From an uncultured Bacteroides sp. (GTDB lineage: Bacteria; Bacillota; Clostridia; Christensenellales; CAG-917): a DNA stretch of 64,000 nucleotides. Both the position numbers and the translations under genes were made by a program. The stretch lies in assembly GCA_964644355.1 (NCBI GenBank), contig CAZXUW010000005.1:24232-88231 (forward strand). Reading direction: 5' to 3'. Below the pieces are notes generated by a model, which did not search any database, had not been told where the DNA came from, and saw only the letters and a program-made list of their open reading frames with translations. This document shows, one piece after another, positions 39,376 to 48,063 of the stretch; positions within the stretch are counted from its first letter, which is position 1, and every line of letters begins with the position of its first letter.

Positions 39376-41487
39376 TTATTCTTCGCCGTTTTTGATAAGT
39401 TCTCTATGTTTACAGGAATGGTTGGTGCAAACGTAGGATGTCTTGTCGTCACGTTTGACAACTTTCATTGTTGCTCCGCAATCGGGGCAGAAATACGGTG
39501 CGGGTATATCCCAGCTTATAAAGTCGCATTTTGGATAATTGGTGCAACTGTAGAAGGTCTTTCCTGCCTTTGAGGTGCGTTTTGAGACGTTTCCGCCACA
39601 CTTTGGGCATTTTCCGACAATCTCGTCAATACGCTTGATATTCTTGCACTTTGGATAATTTGGACACGCAAGGAATGGACCGTAACGTCCGTGGCGTACC
39701 ACCATTTTTGCTCCGCACTTGTCGCAAACCTCGTCACTTTCCTCATCGGGGAAATATCCGCCACCACCCTGTCTCGATGCTCTTTCAATGAACTTCATAA
39801 GGCGAGGATAGAATGCTCCGATAAGCTCTTGCCACTCTTGCTTTCCGTCTGCGACCTTGTCAAGTGCTCCCTCGAGCCTTGCCGTGAAGTTGAGGTTCAT
39901 AATATCAGGGAAATTCTTTTCCATATACTCGCACACGGTCTCGCCAAGTTGAGTTGGAGCAATGGCTTTTTGTTGTTTTTCGGTATACTCTCTCTTTGCA
40001 AGCACTGAAATGATGCTGGCGTACGTGCTAGGACGTCCTATGCCATTTTCCTCAAGCGCCTTGACAAGTGTTGCATCGTTGTATCTCGCAGGCGGTTTGG
40101 TGAACTTTTGTTCACTGCTTACGTCATTGAGATTGAGATGCTCGCCCTCATTGAGATCGGGCATTGTGTCAAGTTCTTTGTCATCCTCATTCTCCTCGAC
40201 GGTTTGAGAATAAACTGCAGTATAACCCTTGAATTTCACACTCTTGCCCTTGACGACAAAACCAAGCTTTTCACCATCGGCTTCACCAACGATATGCACA
40301 CGCATCGTGTTGTACTGTGCAGGAGTCATCTGTGATGCCATAAAACGCTCATAGATAAGCTTATAGAGCCTATATGCGTCTCTATCCATCTTGCCTTCAA
40401 GCGACTTTGGCGTGCGGTTCAAGTCAATAGGTCTAATAGCTTCGTGTGCATCCTGTGCGTTGTCGCTCGTCTTATAGACGTTCTGCACCTTTGGAGCATA
40501 TTCACTGCCATACGTCTTTGCAATATAGCCCAATGCAATCTTTGCAAAATCCGGAGAGATACGCACACTGTCCGTACGGATATAAGTGATGAGTGCGTGT
40601 TGACCTTCGCCCTCGATATTTACGCCCTCGTAAAGCTGTTGCGCAACACGAGAAGTGCGATCCGCCGTCATATTCAGCTTGTGACTTGCCTCCTGTTGCA
40701 TGGTGCTTGTCGTAAACGGAGGAGCAGGCTTTGAAAAGCTTACGCTCTTTTTCACCTCGTCAACGTTGTAGTCGGCTTTGCGCATAAGGTCTGTGATTGC
40801 AACCGCCTCACTCTCGCTTGACGGCTTGATTTTCTCGCCGTTTTTGTCATTGAGCAATGCGACAAAAATATTTGCCTTTGTCTTCTTTGCACCGTCTTTG
40901 AGCAACAGAGCGTTGATTGTCCAATACTCCTCAGGCTTAAAGGCGCGGATCTCTTTTTCTCTGTCCACAATCATCTTGAGCGCCGCAGACTGAACACGAC
41001 CTGCCGAAAGACTGGGTTTGAGCTTTCTTGAAAGAATTGGTGAAATCTTGTAGCCGACAAGTCTGTCAAGCACACGTCTTGCCTGTTGCGAATTGACAAG
41101 ATCCATGTTGATTTCGCGTGGATTTTCCATAGCGGTACGCACTGCCTTTGGAGAAATCTCATGGAATTCTATACGTACTTGATCACCGCTCACGCCAAGC
41201 GTGTTTTTAAGGTGCCAAGAAATAGCTTCTCCCTCACGATCGGGGTCGGTTGCAAGATAAACTTTGTCATACTTCTTCACAGCTTGTGAAAGTTGTTTGA
41301 TGGTCGATTCTTTGTCAGGTGTTACGATGTATTGTGGCTTGAAGCCGTGATCAACGTCTATACCGAGAGAACGTGCAGGCAAATCACACACGTGTCCCTT
41401 GGATGCAAGCACCGTTGCCTCATTGCCAAGATACTTTTGAATGGTTTTGGCTTTGTGCGGTGACTCGACAATTATGAGTTTTTTCAT
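39376..41487 (-). CDS. topA: DNA topoisomerase I
   Basis: TOPRIM N-terminus MKKLIIVESPHKAKTIQKYLG, the active-site Tyr region LITYIRTDS, and C-terminal CxxC zinc ribbons. Confidence 0.95.
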   Translation of the reverse strand: MKKLIIVESPHKAKTIQKYLGNEATVLASKGHVCDLPARSLGIDVDHGFKPQYIVTPDKESTIKQLSQAVKKYDKVYLATDPDREGEAISWHLKNTLGVSGDQVRIEFHEISPKAVRTAMENPREINMDLVNSQQARRVLDRLVGYKISPILSRKLKPSLSAGRVQSAALKMIVDREKEIRAFKPEEYWTINALLLKDGAKKTKANIFVALLNDKNGEKIKPSSESEAVAITDLMRKADYNVDEVKKSVSFSKPAPPFTTSTMQQEASHKLNMTADRTSRVAQQLYEGVNIEGEGQHALITYIRTDSVRISPDFAKIALGYIAKTYGSEYAPKVQNVYKTSDNAQDAHEAIRPIDLNRTPKSLEGKMDRDAYRLYKLIYERFMASQMTPAQYNTMRVHIVGEADGEKLGFVVKGKSVKFKGYTAVYSQTVEENEDDKELDTMPDLNEGEHLNLNDVSSEQKFTKPPARYNDATLVKALEENGIGRPSTYASIISVLAKREYTEKQQKAIAPTQLGETVCEYMEKNFPDIMNLNFTARLEGALDKVADGKQEWQELIGAFYPRLMKFIERASRQGGGGYFPDEESDEVCDKCGAKMVVRHGRYGPFLACPNYPKCKNIKRIDEIVGKCPKCGGNVSKRTSKAGKTFYSCTNYPKCDFISWDIPAPYFCPDCGATMKVVKRDDKTSYVCTNHSCKHRELIKNGEE

Positions 41488-41548
41488 TCTATCTCCTCGG
41501 AGCCTTCGCTCCACGTAGTTTACGTTTTTTTGCTATAAATCGCAATTG

Positions 41549-42631
41549 TTACAGCAAGCTGTAATAGTTGCCGGATATCTTATTCAGCAAGCCCTCTATT
41601 TCAAGTTCAAACAACACGTTTGTAAGCTCGCTTACGTTGAGATTTGTCTCTTCCAACAGATCTTCAAAATGCTTGTCTCCGTCCTTGAGAGCTTCAAGAA
41701 TTTGATTTTGAACAAGGCTCAATTCAATTGGCTCCTTTTCAACAAATTCCCTCTCAAGATGTAGAGCATCCAGCACGTCTTCGGGTTTGATTGCAAGTGC
41801 GTGCGGAATCTCTCTAAGAAGTTCGTTTCCGCCCTCGCTTTCTGTATCATAGATATTGGCAGGCACGACAAATATCTCCTTGCCCTGCTCGATTGCCAAT
41901 CTTGTTGTGATGAGCGAACCGCTCTTTTTTGCAGCTTGCGGAAGAAATACCGCCTCACAAATTCCGCTGACAATGCGGTTGCGTTCAGGAAAATGATATT
42001 GCAGAGGTTTAGTTCCGGGCGGATATTCGCTCACAATCAATCCGTCGTTTGCCAAAATATTGTCCACAAGTCCTCTGTGCTCTGCAGGATATATGACGTC
42101 AAGACCGCTTGCAAACACTGCTATCGTCGCACTTGCGTTGTCTATGCAAGCTTTGTGAGCAATGCCGTCAACGCCTCTTGCCAGGCCCGACACAATACAC
42201 AATCCCGCTCTTGCAAATTCTCTTGAAAAATCCTCTGCCACTCTTGAGCCATAGCGAGTGGGACGACGTGTGCCTACAACGGCTATGCTACGCATAGAGA
42301 GTGCGTCCACGTTGCCTTTTGCAAACAGCAAAACAGGTTTGTCACAAAGCTCCAAAAGCCTTTGCGGATATTCTTCATCAAGATAGGTTATCCAATGAAT
42401 TTCATTCTTTTCAAGCCACGAAATTTTGCTGTCAACACTCTCGTATTGCTCATAAAATTCCTTTGCTTTGTCATCACCCAGCACTTTTGAGACGATAGAT
42501 CGATTGACGTTCTCAACCATCTCGCAAATATCGTCAAAACTGTCGATAAGCGTAAGCTTTTTCTTGTTTGAAAGCTCATCGACAAGACTGAGTGCAAGCA
42601 GCACTTTGGTGGCGTTATCAAATCTGTCCAT
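41549..42631 (-). CDS. dprA: DNA-processing protein DprA
   Basis: Rossmann-like DprA core VVGTRRPTRYG...SGLARGVDGIAHKA. Confidence 0.9.
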   Translation of the reverse strand: MDRFDNATKVLLALSLVDELSNKKKLTLIDSFDDICEMVENVNRSIVSKVLGDDKAKEFYEQYESVDSKISWLEKNEIHWITYLDEEYPQRLLELCDKPVLLFAKGNVDALSMRSIAVVGTRRPTRYGSRVAEDFSREFARAGLCIVSGLARGVDGIAHKACIDNASATIAVFASGLDVIYPAEHRGLVDNILANDGLIVSEYPPGTKPLQYHFPERNRIVSGICEAVFLPQAAKKSGSLITTRLAIEQGKEIFVVPANIYDTESEGGNELLREIPHALAIKPEDVLDALHLEREFVEKEPIELSLVQNQILEALKDGDKHFEDLLEETNLNVSELTNVLFELEIEGLLNKISGNYYSLL

Positions 42632-44157
42632 CAGCTATATTTCCTGTCAAGTCCTCTATACTGGATTGCCTCTGCGATGTGTGCAGGCAAAATGTTTTCA
42701 CAGCCCTCGATATCCGCAATCGTTCTTGCAACTTTGAGGATTCTCGTTGTGCCTCTCGCACTCAAATTGAGCTTGTCAAAAGCCTTTTGCAAAAGTCTCT
42801 CGCAATCCTTGTCGATTTGGCAATACTTGTTGAGTTGTCTTGAACTCATCTCCGCATTGGTTGCAATGCCGTCGTTCTTGAATCTCTCTCTTTGCAAGGC
42901 ACGCACACGGTTTATTCTCTTTTTGATCTCGGCAGACGACTCTGCAACGTGTCCGCCCCTGAGTTCGTCATAAGAGATATTATCAACTTCGATTTGCAAA
43001 TCTATTCTATCCATCAACGGTCCGCTGAGTTTTGACACATAACTGTGTATTTGCGACGGAGTACAACGGCAAATTTGATTTTTTGAGCCGTAATTTCCGC
43101 ACGGACATGGATTCATTGAAGCAATAAGCATAAAGTTTGCAGGATATTCAGTGGTGCGTTGCACTCTTGCGACGGTGACCTTTCTATCCTCAAGCGGTTG
43201 ACGCAAAGTTTCAAGAGCATGCCTTGTGTACTCGGGCATTTCATCAAGGAACAATACGCCGTGGTTGGCAAGGCTGACTTCACCCGGCTTCGCCTTTGCT
43301 CCGCCACCCACGAGTGCAGGAACAGTGGTCGTGTGGTGAGGCGTTCTGAAAGGTCTGGTCGTGACTATGCCGACCTCACTGTCCAAAATGCCTGCTATGC
43401 TGTGCACCTTGGTGACCTCGATTGCCTCCTCAAAAGTCATCTCCGGCATAATTGTGGGCACGCACTTTGCAAGCATGGTTTTGCCCGCACCCGGAGGACC
43501 TATCATAAGCACGTTGTGTCCGCCTGCAACAGCTATCTCAAGTGCTCTCTTTGCAATACTCTGCCCCTTGACGTCGGCAAAATCATCGCCATAGCCGTGA
43601 TTTACGCAAGCGGATTCATAAGTGGACGTTGGCACCTTGTCGTATACAACACCGCTGAACATCTCAACAACGTCACGCAACGTGTCAAGTGCATACACCT
43701 CTATGCCCTCGATGAAGCTTGCTTCCACTGCGTTTGCGGACGGTATGATAAACTTCTTGTGTCCGTCTTGCATTGCGGAAATGAGCAAAGGCATGATGCC
43801 GTTGACGTGTCTCAATTCACCATTCAAAGAAAGCTCGCCGATGATGACGTACTGCTTGTACGTCTTATTTTCAAGCTGACCGGTGGCAGCCATAATGCCT
43901 ATTGCAACGGCAAGGTCAAAAACAGGACCTTCCTTCTTCGTGTCAGCCGGAGCAAGATTGACGATGATACGTTTTGCGGGATATTGAAAACCGCTGTTTT
44001 TCACCGCAGAGCGTACACGTTCTTTGCTCTCCTTGGTTGCCGTAGAGGCAAGTCCGACCATATCATAGCCGGGAAGACCACTGTTGATATCCACCTCGAC
44101 GTCAACGGCGTAACCCGTCAAACCGTCAAGTGCATAACTAAGTATCTTTGCAAGCAT
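42631..44157 (-). CDS. comM: YifB/ComM-family Mg-chelatase-like AAA ATPase
   Basis: Lon-protease-like N-domain, Walker A GPPGAGKT, and the VLFLDEMPE Walker B. Its stop overlaps the dprA ATG by 1 nt. Confidence 0.9.
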   Translation of the reverse strand: MLAKILSYALDGLTGYAVDVEVDINSGLPGYDMVGLASTATKESKERVRSAVKNSGFQYPAKRIIVNLAPADTKKEGPVFDLAVAIGIMAATGQLENKTYKQYVIIGELSLNGELRHVNGIMPLLISAMQDGHKKFIIPSANAVEASFIEGIEVYALDTLRDVVEMFSGVVYDKVPTSTYESACVNHGYGDDFADVKGQSIAKRALEIAVAGGHNVLMIGPPGAGKTMLAKCVPTIMPEMTFEEAIEVTKVHSIAGILDSEVGIVTTRPFRTPHHTTTVPALVGGGAKAKPGEVSLANHGVLFLDEMPEYTRHALETLRQPLEDRKVTVARVQRTTEYPANFMLIASMNPCPCGNYGSKNQICRCTPSQIHSYVSKLSGPLMDRIDLQIEVDNISYDELRGGHVAESSAEIKKRINRVRALQRERFKNDGIATNAEMSSRQLNKYCQIDKDCERLLQKAFDKLNLSARGTTRILKVARTIADIEGCENILPAHIAEAIQYRGLDRKYS

Positions 44158-44330
44158 ATTCGTCCCCTTATATATATTAAGTTTATTTATTTTATCATAT
44201 ACGCACGCAAAAGGCAATAAAAAATATTACGCACAAAATTCGAAAGCATATATGTAATGCAAAAATATATGGTTAGATTGTCGGAAAAAAGTTTTTATAA
44301 AAAATTTTGCTTAAATTTGCATTAAGATAA

Positions 44331-44371
44331 AAAACAAGCCGATTTTTGAGCTGATTTGCAGCAAAAACCGA
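44331..44371 (-). terminator. Probable terminator after sipW-like gene 1
   Basis: Imperfect minus-strand hairpin (CGGTTTTTGCTGcaaatCAGCtcAAAAATCGG) followed by CTTGTTTT. Confidence 0.4.
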
Positions 44372-44416
44372 CTTTGAAATTTCATATTTATCCGCTTACA
44401 TATGGGATTTCCACTG

Positions 44417-45175
44417 TTATTCATCAAGGTACAAAGTGTCTATGTCACTCGAATTGTTTTCGTCTTTATAGCCATCAAATGTGTCTACAACATCATCAGC
44501 ATCAGTTTGATTTTCGCTTGCAAGTGCGATCTCCAGAAGCTTTTTCTTGTCCTCTTCACTTATATTTTCAAGCTTAACTCCCTCTGCTCTCATCTCCTCT
44601 TTTTCAAGTGCGATTTTGTCTTTGATAAAGGAGCCTATGACAAGTGCTATGACAAGACACATGGGGATCACAATGAGCACAACATAGCCGTACCACTGCG
44701 ACAAAAAGCCTCTCAATCCGCCTATAAACAAAGACTTGCGGACATACTTTGCTTTAATGTTGTCAGGATTCAACTGCCAGTTGTCGGCAGAAGGACTATT
44801 GTCACCTTGCGTTCTGAAATATGCAATTGAACCGTCATCATCAAGCACGATTTCAATTATGCGGTGAGTTTCGTTGTAATTGCCGTTCGGTGCCAAAAAC
44901 GTGATAATATCACCAACTTTCAGCTCGTTTACGTCATCCACTTCCTTGCAGATGATCACCTCGCCGGGCTCAATGGTGCCACTCATGCTATCCGTCAACA
45001 CGTCATAAAGCCTATAACCAAAAATTGAAGTTTCTTGTCCGCCACTTCTTTGAATAAGCATAACGGCAACAACCACCACCAAAAACACGAATAGCAAAGC
45101 AACCACCATCGTGGATACAATGTTGTAAATTTTCTTTGTCTTTGATATAGGTTTTTGATCTTCTATTTCTGCCAT
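44417..45175 (-). CDS. sipW: SipW-type (S26B) signal peptidase I, paralogue 1, with extended acidic C-terminal tail
   Basis: N-terminal TM segment, Ser box VLTDSMSGTIEPG, His box ETHRIIEI, and RTQGDNSPSAD. The order and spacing match B. subtilis SipW (LSGSMEP...THRIV...TKGDN). There is a C-terminal TM segment plus a ~65-aa D/E-rich tail. The start is ATG 45175, with no clear RBS. Confidence 0.8.
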   Translation of the reverse strand: MAEIEDQKPISKTKKIYNIVSTMVVALLFVFLVVVVAVMLIQRSGGQETSIFGYRLYDVLTDSMSGTIEPGEVIICKEVDDVNELKVGDIITFLAPNGNYNETHRIIEIVLDDDGSIAYFRTQGDNSPSADNWQLNPDNIKAKYVRKSLFIGGLRGFLSQWYGYVVLIVIPMCLVIALVIGSFIKDKIALEKEEMRAEGVKLENISEEDKKKLLEIALASENQTDADDVVDTFDGYKDENNSSDIDTLYLDE

Positions 45176-45183
45176 ATATGTTT

Positions 45184-45204
45184 GTACGCACACGAGGTGC
45201 GTAC
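45184..45204. other. 8-bp-stem hairpin between the McrC-like and sipW-1 genes
   Basis: GTACGCAC-acgag-GTGCGTAC. The T7 run is on the plus strand only (45205..45211). Confidence 0.6.
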
Positions 45205-45216
45205 TTTTTTTAGAGT

Positions 45217-48024
45217 TTAGTCTTGATCGTCGGAGTCTTTTTCCTCTGCCTTGGTTGTCATGCTGAACACGTCACCAAACGGATCTGTTATGCCACTGTC
45301 CGAGCTGAAGTGTATTCCGCCAACACCGACTTTATCCTCGTCCACGGCTTCAAGTTTGCCCTTTCTTCCCGTCGGTTGTGAATACTTCTGATTGAGCGTT
45401 GTGGGGCTCAATGCGTTGGGATCCTTACGTGGTTTTGACGATTTCTTTTTCTTTGGCGGTTGAGGTTCATTTTCAACATTTTGCGCATCAATCACCACTT
45501 TATCGTCATTTTTGGGCTGTTCATCTGCCGTTTTTGTCAATTCATCGACTTTTTCGTCTTTGACTTCAACGTCTTTTGGTTGTTCCTCGTTGGCAACTTC
45601 TCGTGTAGGTTCCTCCTGCTCGTCAGGCTTCACCTGCTCGACAGATTCTTGCTCTTGAGGCTTTGGTTTGCGGTTATACTTGCGTTTGGGTTTATCCTCT
45701 TTTTTCTCATCGAGATTGCCGAGTTTTGCCCCTTCACCCCAAGGTGTTACACTGCCATCACCCTTGAAGCTTATGCCCATACCTTGAGTATCTTCTATGC
45801 GACCGCCAACGTTTATACGCAATTCAGATTTCGCAACTTCTTGCACTTGTTGTTGCTCCTCTTGCGTATCCTCACTTGCAGACGTGGTTGGTTGTTCAAC
45901 AAGCTCTTGTTCAACCACTTTTGGTTTGCGATTGTATTTACGTTTTGGCTTTTCAACCTTGTTTTCATCAAGATTGCCCAGATTTGCACCCTCACCCCAA
46001 GGCGTAACACTGTCATTCTCTTTGATGTGTACGTCACCGACTGCGACCTTGTTTTCATCAACAGGCGTGAGATCAACCTCTTTCTTCGGCTTATTTTCAC
46101 CACTCCAAGGATCGATTTCCTCATCGGATTTTGCAATACGCACTTTGCCTTTCTTGTGCGGTTTTTCCTCATCGGCTTTAGTCTCTTGGACAGGTTGTGC
46201 AACGTCTGGCTGTTGCGTTTCCACTTCGCTCTCAACTTGAGATACCGGCACGAATGTTTCCATGCTCTCAAGTTCTCTATCAAGCTTCTCGTCTTGCACG
46301 GCTTTTTTACGGCGAGCTTCTTCCATTTCCTCAATGGAAGCATTGATCTTGTCTGTATTCTTATCTTCAAGCTCAAGATTTTCGTGCTTGTCAATCTTGA
46401 TCTTTTCAAGTTTCTTGGCTTCTTCTTCCCTGCGCTTATACTCTGCGATCTTTGCCTTTTGGAAGCTGAACGGATCCATGCCGAAATAGGTTGAGTCACT
46501 CTCAACTCCATTCTTTTCAAGCTCCTCTCTCTGCTTGCGGAATGCCTCGGCACGCTTCTTGATGTCCTCTTTGCGTCTGCGGATACGCTCTTGTCTGTCT
46601 CTCTCATCAAGTTCCTCTTGCTTGATGCGACGATATGACGTGAGACAACGATCAATAGCGTCACGAGCTTTGGCAATTTCCTCTTGCTTAAGCTTATCGT
46701 CGTCAGGACGCTTGAACACTTTACGCACCTCAAACAAGTGCTGATCAAACGTCTCAGCATCCGGCTCGAGGTCGACTTCTTCTTGATCTGCCTTTGGAGG
46801 CATCTCCTTGAGTCTCTCAACCTCAACAGGACGCTCCACAACCACTTCGACTTCTATCTCTTGAGGCTTTTCAATCTCCTCGATTTCAGGCTCTTCAGGC
46901 GGAATTTCAGTGTCGGCATCCTCATCCTCTTGAGGTTTGACCTCCTCGATATTCTCCTGTTCGTCCTCATTCTCCTCCGAATCGTCAAGCTTTTGAGCAT
47001 ATTCGTCTCTTTCAAGCTTGTCTTTGTCAAAGTCCATTTCACCAACACGCAGGAAGTCGGCAAATTCCTTATCTTCCATATCGAAGTCGGTTTCGCACTG
47101 ATCGTACAAGCTTTCAAACACCATCGTGTTGAGTGTGAGCATGCTGTTGAGTCTTGCACTGCTCTCGTCGTCGATTGGGAAATCTTCCACCTCGTCGGAC
47201 GTTGAAAAACCTGCCGTCTGTTGATACGTCTCGATAAACTGCCACAAAGTGAGAGCCTTCTTGAAATTTGGCTCCTTCAAAATGACGTTTGTACGCATGA
47301 TAGGCGGACGAACAGGTGCGGAGTTACGCATCGACTTTGCAAATGACGATGACAAGAAGTCTGTGATAATGCGGTCAATTTTTGCAACACGCTCGATCTT
47401 GGTGAGTGTGTCGGGATCAAGACGCATAATCTCATCAAAGCTTAATTGTGCAAAATACTCCGTTCTATAGGTTATTTTCTTGCTTGGAAGATTAAATCTA
47501 GACTCAACGTCAAGCTCCAAGACGTCCTGTGTTGCGGATGCCTTTTTGATCTTGTCATAACGCATTGTGACAAAGTCCTTGAGCTTGAGAAGCAAGGTGT
47601 AAATAAAGCGGTTTTCATAAATCTCAAAGGATTCTTCCTTTGTGATATTGAGAATTTTTGATGGTGTGACGTCACCCGTTTTCTCGTCAACCTTGGAGAT
47701 CATGTTGGTGTGCTGGGCAAGATATTTGACAGACTCTGTCGATATACTTCTTGCAAGCGAAACGTCAACGATATCCTCCTCTTGGACGATGAATTTTCTT
47801 GGGTTACGCACGATTGTATCGAGATTTGGAAGGATACTTTCAATGGTATCGATCCAATCTATGGAGATGTCTTGTACGAGGCGTTTTTTGGCAAGCTTAA
47901 ACTTGGATACGCCTTTATCTACACGTTTTTTGAATTGCTCATAAAAGCCCTCATCCTTGAGGACTGAAACAATCTTGTTCGCATACGATACGTACACTTC
48001 TCTTGTAATCTTATTGTCAGCCAT
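45217..48024 (-). CDS. McrC-N-terminal-domain-like protein lacking a nuclease, with a ~620-aa charged low-complexity repeat tail
   Basis: 935 aa. Residues ~1-315 look globular and include ESFEIYENRFIYTLLLKLKDF (compare E. coli McrC NEDTLANRIIKSTLAILI). No hhhDxK nuclease motif is found. Residues 316-935 are E/K/D/Q-rich with internal repeats. The gene lies immediately downstream of an McrB-like gene. Confidence 0.6.
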   Translation of the reverse strand: MADNKITREVYVSYANKIVSVLKDEGFYEQFKKRVDKGVSKFKLAKKRLVQDISIDWIDTIESILPNLDTIVRNPRKFIVQEEDIVDVSLARSISTESVKYLAQHTNMISKVDEKTGDVTPSKILNITKEESFEIYENRFIYTLLLKLKDFVTMRYDKIKKASATQDVLELDVESRFNLPSKKITYRTEYFAQLSFDEIMRLDPDTLTKIERVAKIDRIITDFLSSSFAKSMRNSAPVRPPIMRTNVILKEPNFKKALTLWQFIETYQQTAGFSTSDEVEDFPIDDESSARLNSMLTLNTMVFESLYDQCETDFDMEDKEFADFLRVGEMDFDKDKLERDEYAQKLDDSEENEDEQENIEEVKPQEDEDADTEIPPEEPEIEEIEKPQEIEVEVVVERPVEVERLKEMPPKADQEEVDLEPDAETFDQHLFEVRKVFKRPDDDKLKQEEIAKARDAIDRCLTSYRRIKQEELDERDRQERIRRRKEDIKKRAEAFRKQREELEKNGVESDSTYFGMDPFSFQKAKIAEYKRREEEAKKLEKIKIDKHENLELEDKNTDKINASIEEMEEARRKKAVQDEKLDRELESMETFVPVSQVESEVETQQPDVAQPVQETKADEEKPHKKGKVRIAKSDEEIDPWSGENKPKKEVDLTPVDENKVAVGDVHIKENDSVTPWGEGANLGNLDENKVEKPKRKYNRKPKVVEQELVEQPTTSASEDTQEEQQQVQEVAKSELRINVGGRIEDTQGMGISFKGDGSVTPWGEGAKLGNLDEKKEDKPKRKYNRKPKPQEQESVEQVKPDEQEEPTREVANEEQPKDVEVKDEKVDELTKTADEQPKNDDKVVIDAQNVENEPQPPKKKKSSKPRKDPNALSPTTLNQKYSQPTGRKGKLEAVDEDKVGVGGIHFSSDSGITDPFGDVFSMTTKAEEKDSDDQD

Positions 48025-48063
48025 GCTTTTATGAAATTATATACGCACAAAGCGTAGTTGTCA

